Assembly: GCA_964187785.1 (NCBI GenBank)
Contig: OZ076409.1
Span: 85,066,001-85,130,000, forward strand
Source of the DNA: Amphiscolops sp. MND2022
Taxonomy: Eukaryota
DNA length: 64,000 bases
Direction: 5' to 3'
Notes under the pieces: model-generated
What the model was told of the DNA's origin: nothing
The model's database searches: none
The model's input: the letters and a program-made list of their open reading frames with translations, nothing else
Made by a program: the position numbers and the translations under genes
Part shown: one piece after another, positions 25,857-38,528 of the stretch
How positions within the stretch are numbered: the stretch's first letter is position 1
How the letters are laid out: every line of letters starts with the position of its first letter

Positions 25857-26954
25857 TGTACACACGGTAAACTTTGTTGCATCAACATGGCCGTTTCGGT
25901 CACGGTGAACTTTGCAGTATCAACATGGCCGACCGAAGTGAACTTTGCTGCATCAACATGGCCGTCATTCAAGTGGCTGATGCAATCGCCAATGCAAAAC
26001 TCGCAGTTGAAAAAATAATTAGTATAATGCATTCATGAAACTCCCTGAAACTTTGAAACTGCCTCAAATTTCACACAATCCTCTACTCTTTAATTATCGA
26101 CGCTTTGTTTTGATCCTAAACTGCTTGAGCTAACATTGTCTCATCCTATAAAGATGCTTTTTGTTTTGAGTTCCTTAATATCATTATACATAAATGTAAA
26201 CTATCGTCTTTATGTCTGAAAATTGCAATGATCTCATCATCATTTTCAATTTAAACTTGCCACACGGCCTAGTTTTTCAGAGCAGAAAGCTATGCTTCTC
26301 TGGAGCTCTTGGCTACTGCTTCCCTAGTCGGACTCGCAATTCAAGAAAATACAGAACTTTCACTGATCTCTGATCAAAAGTGAACCTTCTGAAAGCAAAT
26401 CAAGCATCGGGATTTGCTCGCTTAAGACTCCTTCCCCACTCTCCCCCTTCGCTTGCGATTCTAAGATAAGAGAACCTTCATTGGAAACATTGAGAAAACA
26501 CCGTTCACTCACAGCGGGAACCCATGACTTAGTGGAAGTACTGAGTGGTTCTATTGTTTGGTTCTCTTCGAACGGCTGAGTTGATCTCACATCAACATCG
26601 AGCGTAGCTAAGGCCTAAGTTCTAAGACTAAGTTCTTAAGCTTATCTTAGCTAGTGTGAAATCTTTGCGAGTGAAACTTCAACAAAAGGGCGGTCTCGAT
26701 TCAACGAAGAATCGCGAAACTTTCTCTTATTTTCACGCGATTTTTTGTCTAAGATAAGACATTGCTTTACTTTTCTAACCGCAGCTCTCTTTAGGTCTTG
26801 TTTTTCTCAACACACTCGTTTCGCGAAACTCTTTGACTGCTCTTTTTTGAACATCGTTTCAACGCGTGTTTTTTTCTATCTTTTTTTTGCGCTCATCTTT
26901 CGCTGGTCCGCCGTCCCTTTTCGCTCTCTCTTTTAGTTTCTTTGCTACGAAACA
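25857..26954 (+). repeat. 3' LTR of BEL/Pao element
   Basis: TGTACACACGG...CTACGAAACA, followed by TSD ATTTC. Confidence 0.95.
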
Positions 26955-28194
26955 ATTTCCTTATTTGATGTCAAACAAGAATACTTCGCAAGCCTTGCGC
27001 AAAGCACTTTTGCGCCTAAGCTCTGCAATTTCACAAACTGTTTTGTGGCACAGTAGATGACCAATCTTTGGCTGAGTCTTCAAATATCCAGTGTCTCAAT
27101 CGAGCGATTAATGTTCGTCATTCTATCCTATTCAGAAGATATGGTTTGCACCAGAACGAATCTGAAGGTTACCTTGAAGGTTACCGCTACTGACTTTGCT
27201 TTAGCTTTTCTTGGTAAGTACTGCTTTTGTATCCGTCTAAGGTTGGATTCATATATACAACTATGACTTTCGTACGAAATGTTTTTTGCTTCTTGTTGTG
27301 AAAACAATCAGCTTTTACGGAAATCTGGTATGTACAAAAGTTTATTTTCACCCCTTGGGTGAATACAACGAAGTTCCAGACTTTGGAATAACAAATATGT
27401 CGTCAAACTCTGGCTTGAGCTGTTGAGTTGCGTGTTTAGTTGTTCATTTTCAGTCAAATTTGTTCTGTTGTAATCTACTTCTATGAACGAGGAAACAAAG
27501 ATTTTGTTTTATGAATAGCGCTTCAATGTGAGATAAAATTTGTTTTTTTCCATTGGGGCGTACTTTTTTTCAGTTTAAATTTGATCAACCCAGACAATGT
27601 CATTTGGAGAAAAATGTGTGGGTAGTGTTTACAGTTGGAGGTGTTTTGTTCAAGGAATGCATCATGTATTTTTCACTACTTTCATCACTTTAAGCCATTT
27701 CTTCTTTCGATTGGACTTCTGGAGTGAACACTATATTTATGGACTGACCCAAGAAGGTGCGTCTCGAATTACTGCAAATACCCACTGAACAAAAATTCAA
27801 ACTGGTAGCCGTTAGTTCTGAGACAGTTCTTTTCTCGAGGCCGTTTCGACTGGAATTTTGACAAATGCGACAATGTGGTACCAAAATGCTAGAACCAGCT
27901 CAAATTGCAAGTGCAAAATTTTCAAGAAAAACATTTGACTAAAAATCTCAAGCGCGATTTTTTTTCAGATTTAGATCTGAAAAAGCAAGAAATTTAATGA
28001 CTCTTGTCTTGAGAAAGTTTTGCTTTAGGCAATAACTCGATAACTTCTGGTGCGAAAAAAAAAACGTCGAGATATCAGTTTTGCAGCTTCGACAGTTTTT
28101 CGAGAAATGTTTTAATTAAAAGCTGAACAGCCAAAAACAGTCGGAAGTACGTACAAATAAAGTATTTACGGAGTAAACGGAGTGTAAAAACGCA

Positions 28195-28735
28195 CTTCTT
28201 ACAAGATCTTGCAGGGAATTTTTTTCTTGCAAGATCTTGCACGGAAATGTTTTCATTGCAAGAATATTGAATTCATTGAACTTCATTGTGAGAAATTATG
28301 TTAACGTAGTCCTGTTTTGAGTATAATGTCAAAAACGTTAATAACTATTGTTTCAAAAGGGCAATTTCACAAATTGAAATATAATTTCAATCAATAAACT
28401 ATGCACGTCCTAATTCTAAATCATTTCATAACACTATTGATCTGAAAATATTTTCAAAATACTTTAGAACTGTACTTTAGATGTTTTGTCACGGACATAT
28501 CTTATTACTATTGCACCTTTTCGGTAGTTCAATCGCTAGTCACGATGCAACAGTCACCTTGATAGATATTGAAAATAAAAAATAAAAAAACTTAATGTCA
28601 AGAACCTTCCACAAAATTTTCCTCCTTGAAGGAATCTTGCAACGAAAGTTTTCCTAGCAAGATACTTGCAAGATGCTTGCAGAAAAATGCATTAACTTTC
28701 AAGATCCTTGTAAGGAATGCAGTTTCTCCGACTCG
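28195..28735. mobile_element. MITE-like remnant with GCAAGATCTTGC repeats
   Basis: Clusters of CTTGCAAGATCTTGC-type repeats at both ends (28195-28265 and 28625-28720), similar in style to 17235-17953. Termini uncertain. Confidence 0.35.
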
Positions 28736-29242
28736 AAGAGTGAGTAGAGCCAACAGTACAGAATTTTTCGCTGGAGATTTTCGTTTATCATATAATCTAT
28801 GACTAATCCAAGAAAATGCCAAAATTCACGAGACGGCCACGTGATACAATTTGTTACTTTCTTTCAACTTCAAAACAACTTTTTCGAAAGATTTCCTCAT
28901 TTGAGAACTTTTTGTCAAACGATAAAATCGAAAGTTATGGTGTTCTGAATTGATAGCTGGCAAACTCGAGTGCTAGTTTTTTGTTGACCTAGTTCAAAAC
29001 CGTAAATTACGAAATTCAGGAAACCTGGACCACACTCTTTGTTTAAAAGTACAAGCTATCAGTTGACTTCCACGTTGACTAAAAGTTACCTTTGAACGCC
29101 AGTGGGGGCTATTCCTCAACCCGATAGTACTAGTTTTGCCAAACCCGAAAAACAGATCAAACGAAAAAACCTGACGTGGAAAATATACCAAAATGAAACG
29201 TTTTTGCGAGGATCTTTTGAGTGTTCTCGCTATATTTGAAGA

Positions 29243-29790
29243 ATGAGAGATACTTTTAGTTATGGCGGTGTTTGCGAGCGCCTAATTCGATCATTCGAAG
29301 ACTCTATGTATTCAGTTATCGAATCGAAGACCGGGGCAGATGAGATTCTATGGACAGTTTCGGCTGAAGTCGGAAGTTTCCTCAACACACGACCATTCGC
29401 GTATGTTTCTATTGATTGTGAAGATATCGAGTCACTTATCCCTAGCCAGAATTTTATTTAGGAAGACCAGAGCGGAACGCTCCTCTTGATTTTTATTTTT
29501 GAAGTCACCGTTCCGTTGACCAAACATTGGCAATACGCTCAAAAATTTTACTCGCTTTGATGAAATCGCCTACTGAAGGAATATATGCCTTCATTGGACA
29601 CAAAATGGACAAACAAATCACGTAATTTGAAACCAGGTTAGCTTGACTCGATTCTTCAATATAACACACCTCGTGGCATTTGGCTTGTTGATCGGATCGT
29701 CAAGCTTTTGAATTAAGATCGAAATGAGCAGATTAGAAAATATGAAGTCGAAATAATCAAGAGTGAACCAACAACGTGCATTGTTGAATT
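29243..29790 (+). pseudogene. Degenerate BEL/Pao integrase C-terminal fragment
   Basis: GGVCERLIRS...EVGSFLNTRPFAYVS...ESLIP resembles BEL integrase GGxWERLVRS...EVEAILNSRPL...LTP. Further frameshifted remnants follow (e.g. NTPRGIWLVDRIV). Confidence 0.75.
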
Positions 29791-32700
29791 AGTACCAGGC
29801 ACATAAAAATTATACGAAGAAAAATCCCTAACTTACTCGACTCGGTAAAGGCTCGAATGATCCGGATTACTCACTAAATCACTCGGAATAACTCGCCGAA
29901 TAAAAATGACATTCTTGTATTGGTTTGTTTTCTCAACTAGTCATCTGATGTGATCACCGTTTCTGATAGGACGCTAACAATGACGCTAATTTGCAGTTTT
30001 TGTTGCGACGGAGTTTCTTTGCATTAAACCGGCAGTAAAACTGATAGCAACTTACTTGCTTTCAAAAATATAACTGTTTCTTAGTGAACCTGCAAAACTT
30101 CAAGTCCTAGACTTACCGCCACAGCTTGATGAAATCAAATACGATAGGGAAAGTCTTTTGCATAAAAGCAAAATACAAACGTTTTTCGAGAAAACCTTTG
30201 GTTATCTTTCTGAAGAAACAACTGAGAGCTGAAACAAACAGTAGTTTGTTTGATGAAGTGTTGGTGTTGGAAAATCATAACCAATACAACTTTCCGAATT
30301 TGTAAAAAAAAAAGAGAATTTTAACTCATTATTTCATGAACTTCTGAACAAATGTAAACTTTGAAGGAAACTGGTACAAAGATTTCCCAAGCCTAATTTC
30401 ATCTAGAGCTCATGGTTTTTTTTCGTTAGGGCATCGATTCTAAAATATGTAAAGAGCGCTTTCATATCTGTTACCACCGAAGCCTAGGGGGTTGAGACAG
30501 CAAACAGTTTTGGTCGCCAAATGGTGATCGGCGAACCACTTGGATTTGGATGATCCAAGGAAACTTAAGGTGGAGCTTGAAATGACAATCATTGTGCTTG
30601 GGACAGAGAAGAAAACTCGACTTTTTCTATTCAGCGTTCCTGCATGCCAAAGTGGGTAATGACTCAACAGAGCAGGAGAACTAGCGTTTATGCACTATCT
30701 AGACGACAGGTTGATGACTAGAGCTAGGCTTCAATGGTTGTGAATTCAAAACAAAAAAGAACAGTCCAGCTTCACATCAATAACATAATCATAAAACCAC
30801 AAAAACATCATCAGCCAAATGAAGAAACAAAACAACTACAATAACAAATGCTTTTACTTTTGACTAAATGAAACCAAACATAAATTTAGGGGTTTCACAT
30901 GACAGAACCTTTGAAAGGATTTAGTTAGAAGGAATGAATTAGTAGCACTGACAGGAATCAGTACATGCATTTAGTGATTCGGAAGATTTGTAAATGAAAA
31001 CAACGTTTGTCGCCTTTGTCGACGAAATCACTATGTTCAAACACGTTGTTCTGAACGTATCAGAACTGCTGTTCGTTAACATAATTTATGCAATTAACCT
31101 GAAGTAGCGCGGTGCATTGCTGGTGCCTTGAAAAATCTTATTGATTGGGAGGGCAATTGAACCGTCACGGTGTAAAGTAGTCATTTACTGGATTTTGATC
31201 ACTACGCGTAACGCCAAATCACAGTGTAACGAGCAAAACACGTAACGCGTATTTAGAATAATGACGCGTTTTCATTGGCTGTAAATCGAACTAGCAAGAT
31301 CTTGCTAGTTCGTTGCGGCATATGTATCGTAATGGTAGAAAACGCGGATCATTGAGCTTGGCCAGTCGAGGGCAAGGGTTGTATGATCATAGTAAATTTG
31401 GACGAAGTTAGAATGTGATGCTTGGCTATGATGCTTGGTGTGAAAGCTTTATTGCAAGAATCAAGTTCAAACTTGCAAAGATCATTTTTGGTAGTGTGTC
31501 AACTTTCGGACAATTAGTTCCACAGTTGAATTTGATGACTGTATCTTGATTCCTCCGGTGTCGCTTGGCTTTTTTATAACGTATGACCCACGGTCAGAGC
31601 CGATAAAACTTCTTGCTTTCGACGCTCCGGTTACTGAAGCGTTTGCTGAAAAATATCGCCAGAGGAAATCGAAGCAGAAAAGGGGGAAGCCTCGGAAGCG
31701 AAGACCTGCGGCAGAGGAGCCTCTGGAAGAAGGTGAGCTCTCTGACTCTCATTTCGGCCGAGATCCTCGAAGTGATCCGGACTTTGATCCCTCTAACCCT
31801 TTGGGTCTGTAGGATTGAAGTCAATTTTTTCTTTTGTGGATTCCTTCTCGGAATTAAACCCAAATTCCAGAACAATATTAACAACCAATTAAAAAGAGCA
31901 GCAGAGTAATGAACGGGCGGATTGGAATGAGACACCCAGACCCAAGAATAGACCGAGTGGTGCGGTGTCTATGAAGAATCATGTGAAGAATCTTTCTTCT
32001 ACATGACTCTTTTTAAAGAAAGAAAAAAAGCTTCGTAGGCGCAACTGAGCACATGGTAACTACAATCTATCTGAAGGAACTAAAAAAACTTCTGGAATTA
32101 CTTCAAGGCATATATTTGCTCCTAAGATTTTGGACTATAGTTTTTCAGGTTCGCTAGCACGAGCTAAACAGACTGACTAGTGGAAAAATCCGTGAGAAAG
32201 TATTTTCAGTGAAGTTCTTGATAATTCCATCTTATTTCATTTTTTCCATCTATTAAACTTTACTGTCTTTTCTGTTTACCCTTCAAATTGATTTTTCCAG
32301 CATTTGTTCAATGGAAACGCATGCTGGAAAGAATGCGTTTAAAACACGACTGTATTCGACTTTCCATGGAAGAAGTGACATTTTGAGCATTGAATCATTT
32401 TTGATTGAGCGAAACAAATTTTAGCCTGCTTGCAAAGATTCTTTCGTGGTTCTCAGGTTTTTCCAGGCTTTGTAATAAACTTCAATGGTGACATCTTTCT
32501 ATTTTTTGGCTTCAATAATTGTTGTTAGGCATTCGGAAGAGAACAACGGTTTCTTTCGTCTTTAGATGCGCATTACCGTGCAACAACACCCGTGCACTGC
32601 AGTCCTGTGATGAACGAATGGGATCTCTAATTTATAATAATGTTTGGAACACCTAATTTTTCTGCTCATATCTCAGAAACTCTCAAGAGAAATGCCTTCG

Positions 32701-33537
32701 ATAAAAGTTTCTCGAAATTTATTCTAGTTTACATTCGTGTATGCTTGAAACTTCTATGACAAATATTGGGGAAATTAGCTCTCAATACCTCTCTATCTAA
32801 TACTTGATTTGCAAACCAAACTTTTAATTTTTGTCTAGTTTACAAACAGTTTTGATTAGTTTTGGTTCATCAACCGGTTCATTGCTGTCCACTGTCTGCA
32901 CTGTCAAACTTTGAGGCACTTAGTATTTACATTCGAAGAAAACAGAATATCTCCTCTGAATTAATTCCGGTACACTGTCTAAAGATTGGGTAGATATTTT
33001 GGGCATACAGATCTTACAGAATTAATCACTTATAGATTTGTGATTATCTTTTTACATGTACACCCTAGAAATTTCTCGAGTGTAATTAATGAGTGATGTG
33101 CACCTTGACTTGAACATTCTGAAAAATAAATAGAGACCAACTTCGGTTCTCAAATAAGTCCGACTCTGCAACTAAGCTTTCAAAGTTTTTTGAGTAAGAA
33201 ATATTATTTGCTAACTTGTCTCATTATAGTTTTAGAGCTTCCTAAATTCAAGGAATGTGAACTGGACAAAAATCCAAGCACCTTTTGTTTTCAACATACT
33301 TTGGAAAAATCGACAGTTTTTGAGAAAATCGCAATCTAATTAGGAGTTCCAAACTCAACTATCAAACAGGGTTTCCATTCTTCTATCACATGACTGTAGT
33401 TTTACAAGCGCAGAACACACAAAACTGGTTTGTGATCTCGTTCGATGTGTCATGTGCTATAAATTGAAGGTCACGAGTTGAACGGACCAAAACCAACAGT
33501 TAAACCGTTATCAAGCATCATGTAGTTTTGCAGGTGT

Positions 33538-35024
33538 TGTAACGGCAAGCTCTGGTACAGCAATATCAACCGATTTTGCAACTTTGACAAGTTCAGAAAT
33601 TTTGTCAAAAATTTTAATCCGATGTGTGACGTGGCACTGAGCATGTGATTGCTCTTTTCGCTGTTTCCACGAAATTGGCAGGTACTTCGACAACAAAGAG
33701 CAAGAACGAGCAAAAACACGGGCGCGCCGCCATGACAGAAGCCAGAGACGGCAAGAACATCCGAAAATAGACTCTTTTTGAGGTGCTAACACCGGATCTT
33801 CAACGCCCAATCCATCCTCTTGCATTTTCTTTGCATTTTTTGTTAGTCATTGCTATCTTTATCTTAATGAAGGTGCTCAACGATTAAAGCCCGGGGAGCC
33901 CCAGTGCAGTAAATAACCCAAAAACTCTACATGTATTGCTACGCCCGAAATGTGCTATTTTTGTTTTTCTTTTCCAAGATTTCCAGAAGTTTCCTCCAGA
34001 TTCCAACGTGATATCCGGAAAAATAAGGAGCGCGCGCGCTCCTGATCTGCAAATGGCAGGATTTGATCTTCCTTTGTCTGGTTTACTCCAGCGCTTACTC
34101 TTACGAGCAGTTCGTAGTTTGCTTCTGATGCGCTCCTTGACAAATGCTACTGAACTCTATACAGGTATGGAGCTGCACATCAGTGCGTGTTGCCCAAACC
34201 AAACTGAACTGTAAAAAAAGTATCAAAGAAACAGCTTGTCTTCCTTTTAAACAGTGGTTTTACTGCTGAAAAGAAGTTTTAGCGAAAAGAACTTTTAACT
34301 GTGCTGCAAACTGAAATTTTATTGACGTGGAAAAGATGTTTTTGCTGAAAACCACGTGCGCTTTGGAGCGTGAGCGCTCCGTAAAAAGAAATTTTAGACG
34401 TCCAAAAACCAAAGTGCTAGCAGGATCTTATTCAGACTTTTGCAGGAAACTCGTGCTAAAAAAGTGGTGCTTTTTTGATTGATGTATGGAATCTTGGATT
34501 TGATCAATTTCAAGGTGCATTTTTGAGTACTGGTTTTCTAGCTCTCGAGATAGCTCTGTTTCAACAGTTTGTGAACGATGCAGGTTCTCTGGATGGCAAG
34601 AAGCAAGACCTCATGGTTGCCCAATCAGCAAAAGATGACAGTGCCACTGGACCGTTGCAACATCACCAGTTTGAGACCCCCGTAGATTGCACTCATGATG
34701 TGGCGATGTATTCAATGCCAGCCTCTCCGCATGACAGGGACGTCATGCATAAAGCCCGGGGAGTGATGTAACGGCAAGCTCTGGTACAGCAATATCAACC
34801 GATTTTGCAGTTTTGACATGTTCAGAAATTTTGTCAAAAATTCTAATCCGATGTGTGACGTGGCACTGAGCATGTGATTGCTCTTTTCGCTGTTTCCACG
34901 AAATTGGCAGGTACTTCGACAACAAAGAGCAAGAACGAGCAAAAACACGGGCACGCCGCCATGACAGAAGCCAGAGACGGCAAGAACATCCGAAAATAGA
35001 CTCTTTTTGAGGTGCTAACACCGG
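33538..35024. repeat. ~258-bp direct repeat pair (33538-33795 and 34767-35024) within a probable DNA-transposon remnant ending ...GTCACCCTG at 35262
   Basis: Near-identical TGTAACGGCAAGCTCTGG...GGTGCTAACACCGG in both copies. CAGGGTGAC-type terminus on the minus strand at 35262 with GATCTTATTC subterminal repeats. Confidence 0.65.
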
Positions 35025-36143
35025 TTTTATCGATTTTCAGCATTATGCTACCCTATGTAGCGGAAATCGTAAAACTGAGTCTTTTCGCCTAAAGATCCTT
35101 GTTTGGTGCTTAGAGCCCCTGCGCCCCAGCTTTTTAGCTGTGTGGTTTGCCATATTCGTGCCTGTTTTCATGTATTTTCAGTGATTTTGGCTGTATTCAG
35201 TAGCGCTAGCGCTAGTTTAGATCTTATTCCCCAATTTTAGATCTTATTCACATGTCACCCTGGAACTGGAAATTTACCTTATTCTTGGCATTGTTTTTAT
35301 ATGCTAGTTAGGCGGTGGTCTTTAGAGAGTCAGAAAGATGCCCGTTGTAACGGCTGCTTGATCCCTTCAATTGACCAAACTTTACGCCGCCCTGAATTCG
35401 GTGCTCGGCACTGCGGATCGTTACCGAACACTGCTTGCTTCTTAGATTAAAAGGACTGTATCTTGACTTAGTAGGATCCAATAATCCCGAATTGCACTTC
35501 TTCCTTGTCTCTTAACACGTCCAACTCTCCACAAGTTGAGAGTAACTAACTTAGTCGCCCTAAGTCTTTGGCGAAAAGTCGAAAAGAGGTGAAGAAATGA
35601 ATTGAGAATTGAAATGGTCCTAAGACCCAACTTGAATACAGCGTTCCAATCAATTTGTGCCTATCTGGTTATGGTATACATATCGTTTACAATTATTCGA
35701 TAAATATGAGTTGAAATATGAAGTATATATAAATGACATTTAAGTGAATTATTAAAGTTATTGGCTATGTAAACAAACCATAGTGTGGGTATAGCATGTT
35801 GGTTAGGTGGGCTTTAAAGCATGTTTACACAATGTAAATATCAGTAATTTCAACAGAGTTACATTCTAATGTGGTCATATAGGTAAATAACAAAGTTTAC
35901 AGTATTGGCATAATGACCTTGAATATCACACAAGTGAGGGGTAAAGGGGGTTATAATGGGGGAATGACCTTGAAACTTGGCTGGTGAGTTCGTGTTTAGT
36001 CCTTGCATATGTGTGCCAAGTTTCATGGCTCTGTGAATAATAGTCTTCGAGAAAACCCATTTGGGGGGGGGTTTTAAAGATTTGTGATGATTGGATTTTC
36101 TTCAAATTTTCATCTAAGTTTTTTAGAGTTTAAGTCTTGTTTC

Positions 36144-38522
36144 TCAATCAGCATGTTCTGAATCGATTTTCATTGCCTGCGGATGACTGGCGCCAACATT
36201 GCCGGCCCTGTTTTTCTCCCGAAAAACACTTTCGTAGAACATGGGTGCCAGTCTCACTACTGGTGGTCTGAGATTGTCATCAGTCATCGTTGTCTTTCTG
36301 AGATCTTCAGCTTCATAGTCATGTTTGCCAGTTGTTTGCTGTGTTCTTTCTCTACTGCAATGCTTCTCCATCCCATAATCCATTTCCCTGACCATACAGT
36401 TGTTGTCGACAAGTTGACATAACACAAAATATTTCCAAAAAACTGTTGTCTTGTTTAAAGTGATAGTTTTCCCCATCATCCCAATCTTCGTCATCAACGT
36501 CCGACATTTATTGTGTTCAACCAATTCTTTTTCTCTTGAACCTTTAACAGGTATGATACAAAATTGCTTCAGTACCTTTAACTCGACTTCCATAATTACT
36601 TCAACATCCAAAGAAAAGATTTCCAGATGAGTCGAAAATGTCTCCATACAGTTTCCCAAGATTTGCTCTGCTACATATTTCCTCATCAAAGTTGACTGAC
36701 CGCGGGGGAGATAGGTTAAAGGGAGTTCATTCTCTAATCGTTCCATACTCAAGCTTTCAATTTGGCGTTCGGGAGAGATTATTGAATCATCCATCATCAT
36801 CAGCAGTAGATAGAGAGAATTTCCAACATTACGGCGACTGGAGTTTTTTTCTTTGTGTTCAATGTTCTCTTTGCATCCAATAGGAGGGGATTTGTGTTCT
36901 GAACTCAGTCGCTGTGCTGCATTTTGCTCTTTACTTACAGACACGTCGTTTTTCGTAGCTACATCCGAGTTTTCTCCAAATAAGTGCAATGCCGTGGACT
37001 TTTGCTTCCGCTTCTGTTTGTAGAGATTCACTGTGCTTCTCTCACTACAAAACTTCAATTTCTTTTCATCTAGGTTTCTAACTGGCTCCGATAGATCAGC
37101 AGAAACTTCCAATTTACCAAAAGACCCATGCCGAGTCCACATTGTCTTGAAAAGTGCAGCCGGCCCATTGCAAGACTCGTCGCTCCAACTTGCTGTGGTT
37201 GGTACTTTCAAAGAACACATTTCCATTCTTGACACTGATGAGTTGTCTCTGAACTCACGTAGCCAATGTGTGTCATCTTGTGGTGTTCCATTCATGTTCA
37301 ACTGAGCTCCTTCCTCCATTCCATGAATCAGGTTCCAGTTATGTTCAATCTTCCAAATTCTTTTCTTCAGTTGCTTGCGGTGGCCTTTGCTCAATTGTGT
37401 TTTGTCAATGTCGTTAGCCTGTGACACTGCGTCCATCCCTGAGTTTCCATTACCAATCCAATGGTTCCATACATTTCTATGACTCAGGTTAGTTTCTTCT
37501 AAAAGACTTTCCTTGAAGTCGAAATCCGTTTTCTTTCCAAAGGTTGCATTCACGACTTGTGTTTCCGTTTTAGCATTGCTTTTCGCGGGTTTTTCATGTT
37601 TCATTGCAACGTGGCATAGCTTTTGATACATGACGATTTCATTCAAGTCTTCTGGCAGTGTATATCGTTGCTCATTCACAAAGTCATAACTTTTGACAAA
37701 TTCATAACATTTGTTTCCTTCTTCAAGGAGTAGAGTAATGTCATAGGACACTGTCACTTGGAATAGTTTCCCCTGTCGCACGTCCTGTAGTACGGTCGAA
37801 CCTTCTGCCATCTCTTGCAGCAGTTCCAATTGCACACTCATTTCTTCCGAAGTTTCATTGTTTGATGCGAATGCTAAGCTTCGATGCTCTTGCATTGTTT
37901 CAGTCATTGTGTAATCCAAAGTCTCCTCTGTTTGCACTATCAAGTGCTCACTCATGACCAAGTGAGTCTCTTCTTCCAAGACTTGTTGAGTATCTACGAG
38001 GAGGGTTCCTGAACGGAAATCTTGCCAGCCATTGTCTACAACGAACGTTTCTGGCCTGTTCCACATCCATTCTGCTGCGAGACGCTTCGAGGTTTCTTTG
38101 TTTGCATCACTTTCAATATTTGTCATATTTGAATCTTCATGTGCTTCACGTTTGATAGTTTTGTCTTGCAACTTTCCATGGTTTGGACACATGTCTGAAC
38201 ACTTTATCTGCTCATAATGCCATCTTTTCATTGTACACTTTCCTTTTGTTGTACAGTCAAGAGTTTTGAGCAAAACCATTTCTTCTTGCTTGTTCAAAAC
38301 GTCGTCTTTTCTTTTCAGCGATTCATTACGACCACTTGAACTTTCTTTGCTCGAAGTATGCCTTGGTTGAGTTTGCTTTACAATTGTCATTGTTGAACTA
38401 CTTTCAACGCTTTCACGGTTAGAGCGCAAATGTGATCCAACAATGCTCTTTGAATCAATTTGCCCAAAACAGAGTTCTTTGTTGTTTCTCAGGTGTGACT
38501 CCTTGTCCGTCACCTCATTCAT
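36144..38522 (-). CDS. 792-aa ORF of the non-autonomous element; degenerate pol-derived, runs into the 3' LTR
   Basis: Same frame as the upstream ORF, separated by one TAG plus 2 codons. Its C-terminus PVVRLAPMFYESVFREKNRAGNVGASH matches the BEL integrase tail at 42704-42904. No intact D(S/T)G, YxDD or DAS motif. Confidence 0.6.
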   Translation of the reverse strand: MNEVTDKESHLRNNKELCFGQIDSKSIVGSHLRSNRESVESSSTMTIVKQTQPRHTSSKESSSGRNESLKRKDDVLNKQEEMVLLKTLDCTTKGKCTMKRWHYEQIKCSDMCPNHGKLQDKTIKREAHEDSNMTNIESDANKETSKRLAAEWMWNRPETFVVDNGWQDFRSGTLLVDTQQVLEEETHLVMSEHLIVQTEETLDYTMTETMQEHRSLAFASNNETSEEMSVQLELLQEMAEGSTVLQDVRQGKLFQVTVSYDITLLLEEGNKCYEFVKSYDFVNEQRYTLPEDLNEIVMYQKLCHVAMKHEKPAKSNAKTETQVVNATFGKKTDFDFKESLLEETNLSHRNVWNHWIGNGNSGMDAVSQANDIDKTQLSKGHRKQLKKRIWKIEHNWNLIHGMEEGAQLNMNGTPQDDTHWLREFRDNSSVSRMEMCSLKVPTTASWSDESCNGPAALFKTMWTRHGSFGKLEVSADLSEPVRNLDEKKLKFCSERSTVNLYKQKRKQKSTALHLFGENSDVATKNDVSVSKEQNAAQRLSSEHKSPPIGCKENIEHKEKNSSRRNVGNSLYLLLMMMDDSIISPERQIESLSMERLENELPLTYLPRGQSTLMRKYVAEQILGNCMETFSTHLEIFSLDVEVIMEVELKVLKQFCIIPVKGSREKELVEHNKCRTLMTKIGMMGKTITLNKTTVFWKYFVLCQLVDNNCMVREMDYGMEKHCSRERTQQTTGKHDYEAEDLRKTTMTDDNLRPPVVRLAPMFYESVFREKNRAGNVGASHPQAMKIDSEHAD

Positions 38523-38528
38523 GTTGTT

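Larger units (their letters stand above)
19641..26954 (+). mobile_element. Full-length BEL/Pao LTR retrotransposon (decayed)
   Basis: Two ~1.1-kb LTRs (TG...CA), 5-bp TSD ATTTC (19636-19640 and 26955-26959), PBS at 20746, PPT-like AAGGCGGCCGGGA before the 3' LTR, and Gag-PR-RT-RH-IN domain order. Confidence 0.97.

Noticed and set aside
33538..35024. 258-bp direct repeats as LTRs of a TRIM
   Set aside because: They start with TG and the second has a purine-rich run before it, but there is no PBS after the first repeat, no TSD, and homology runs past the CA.
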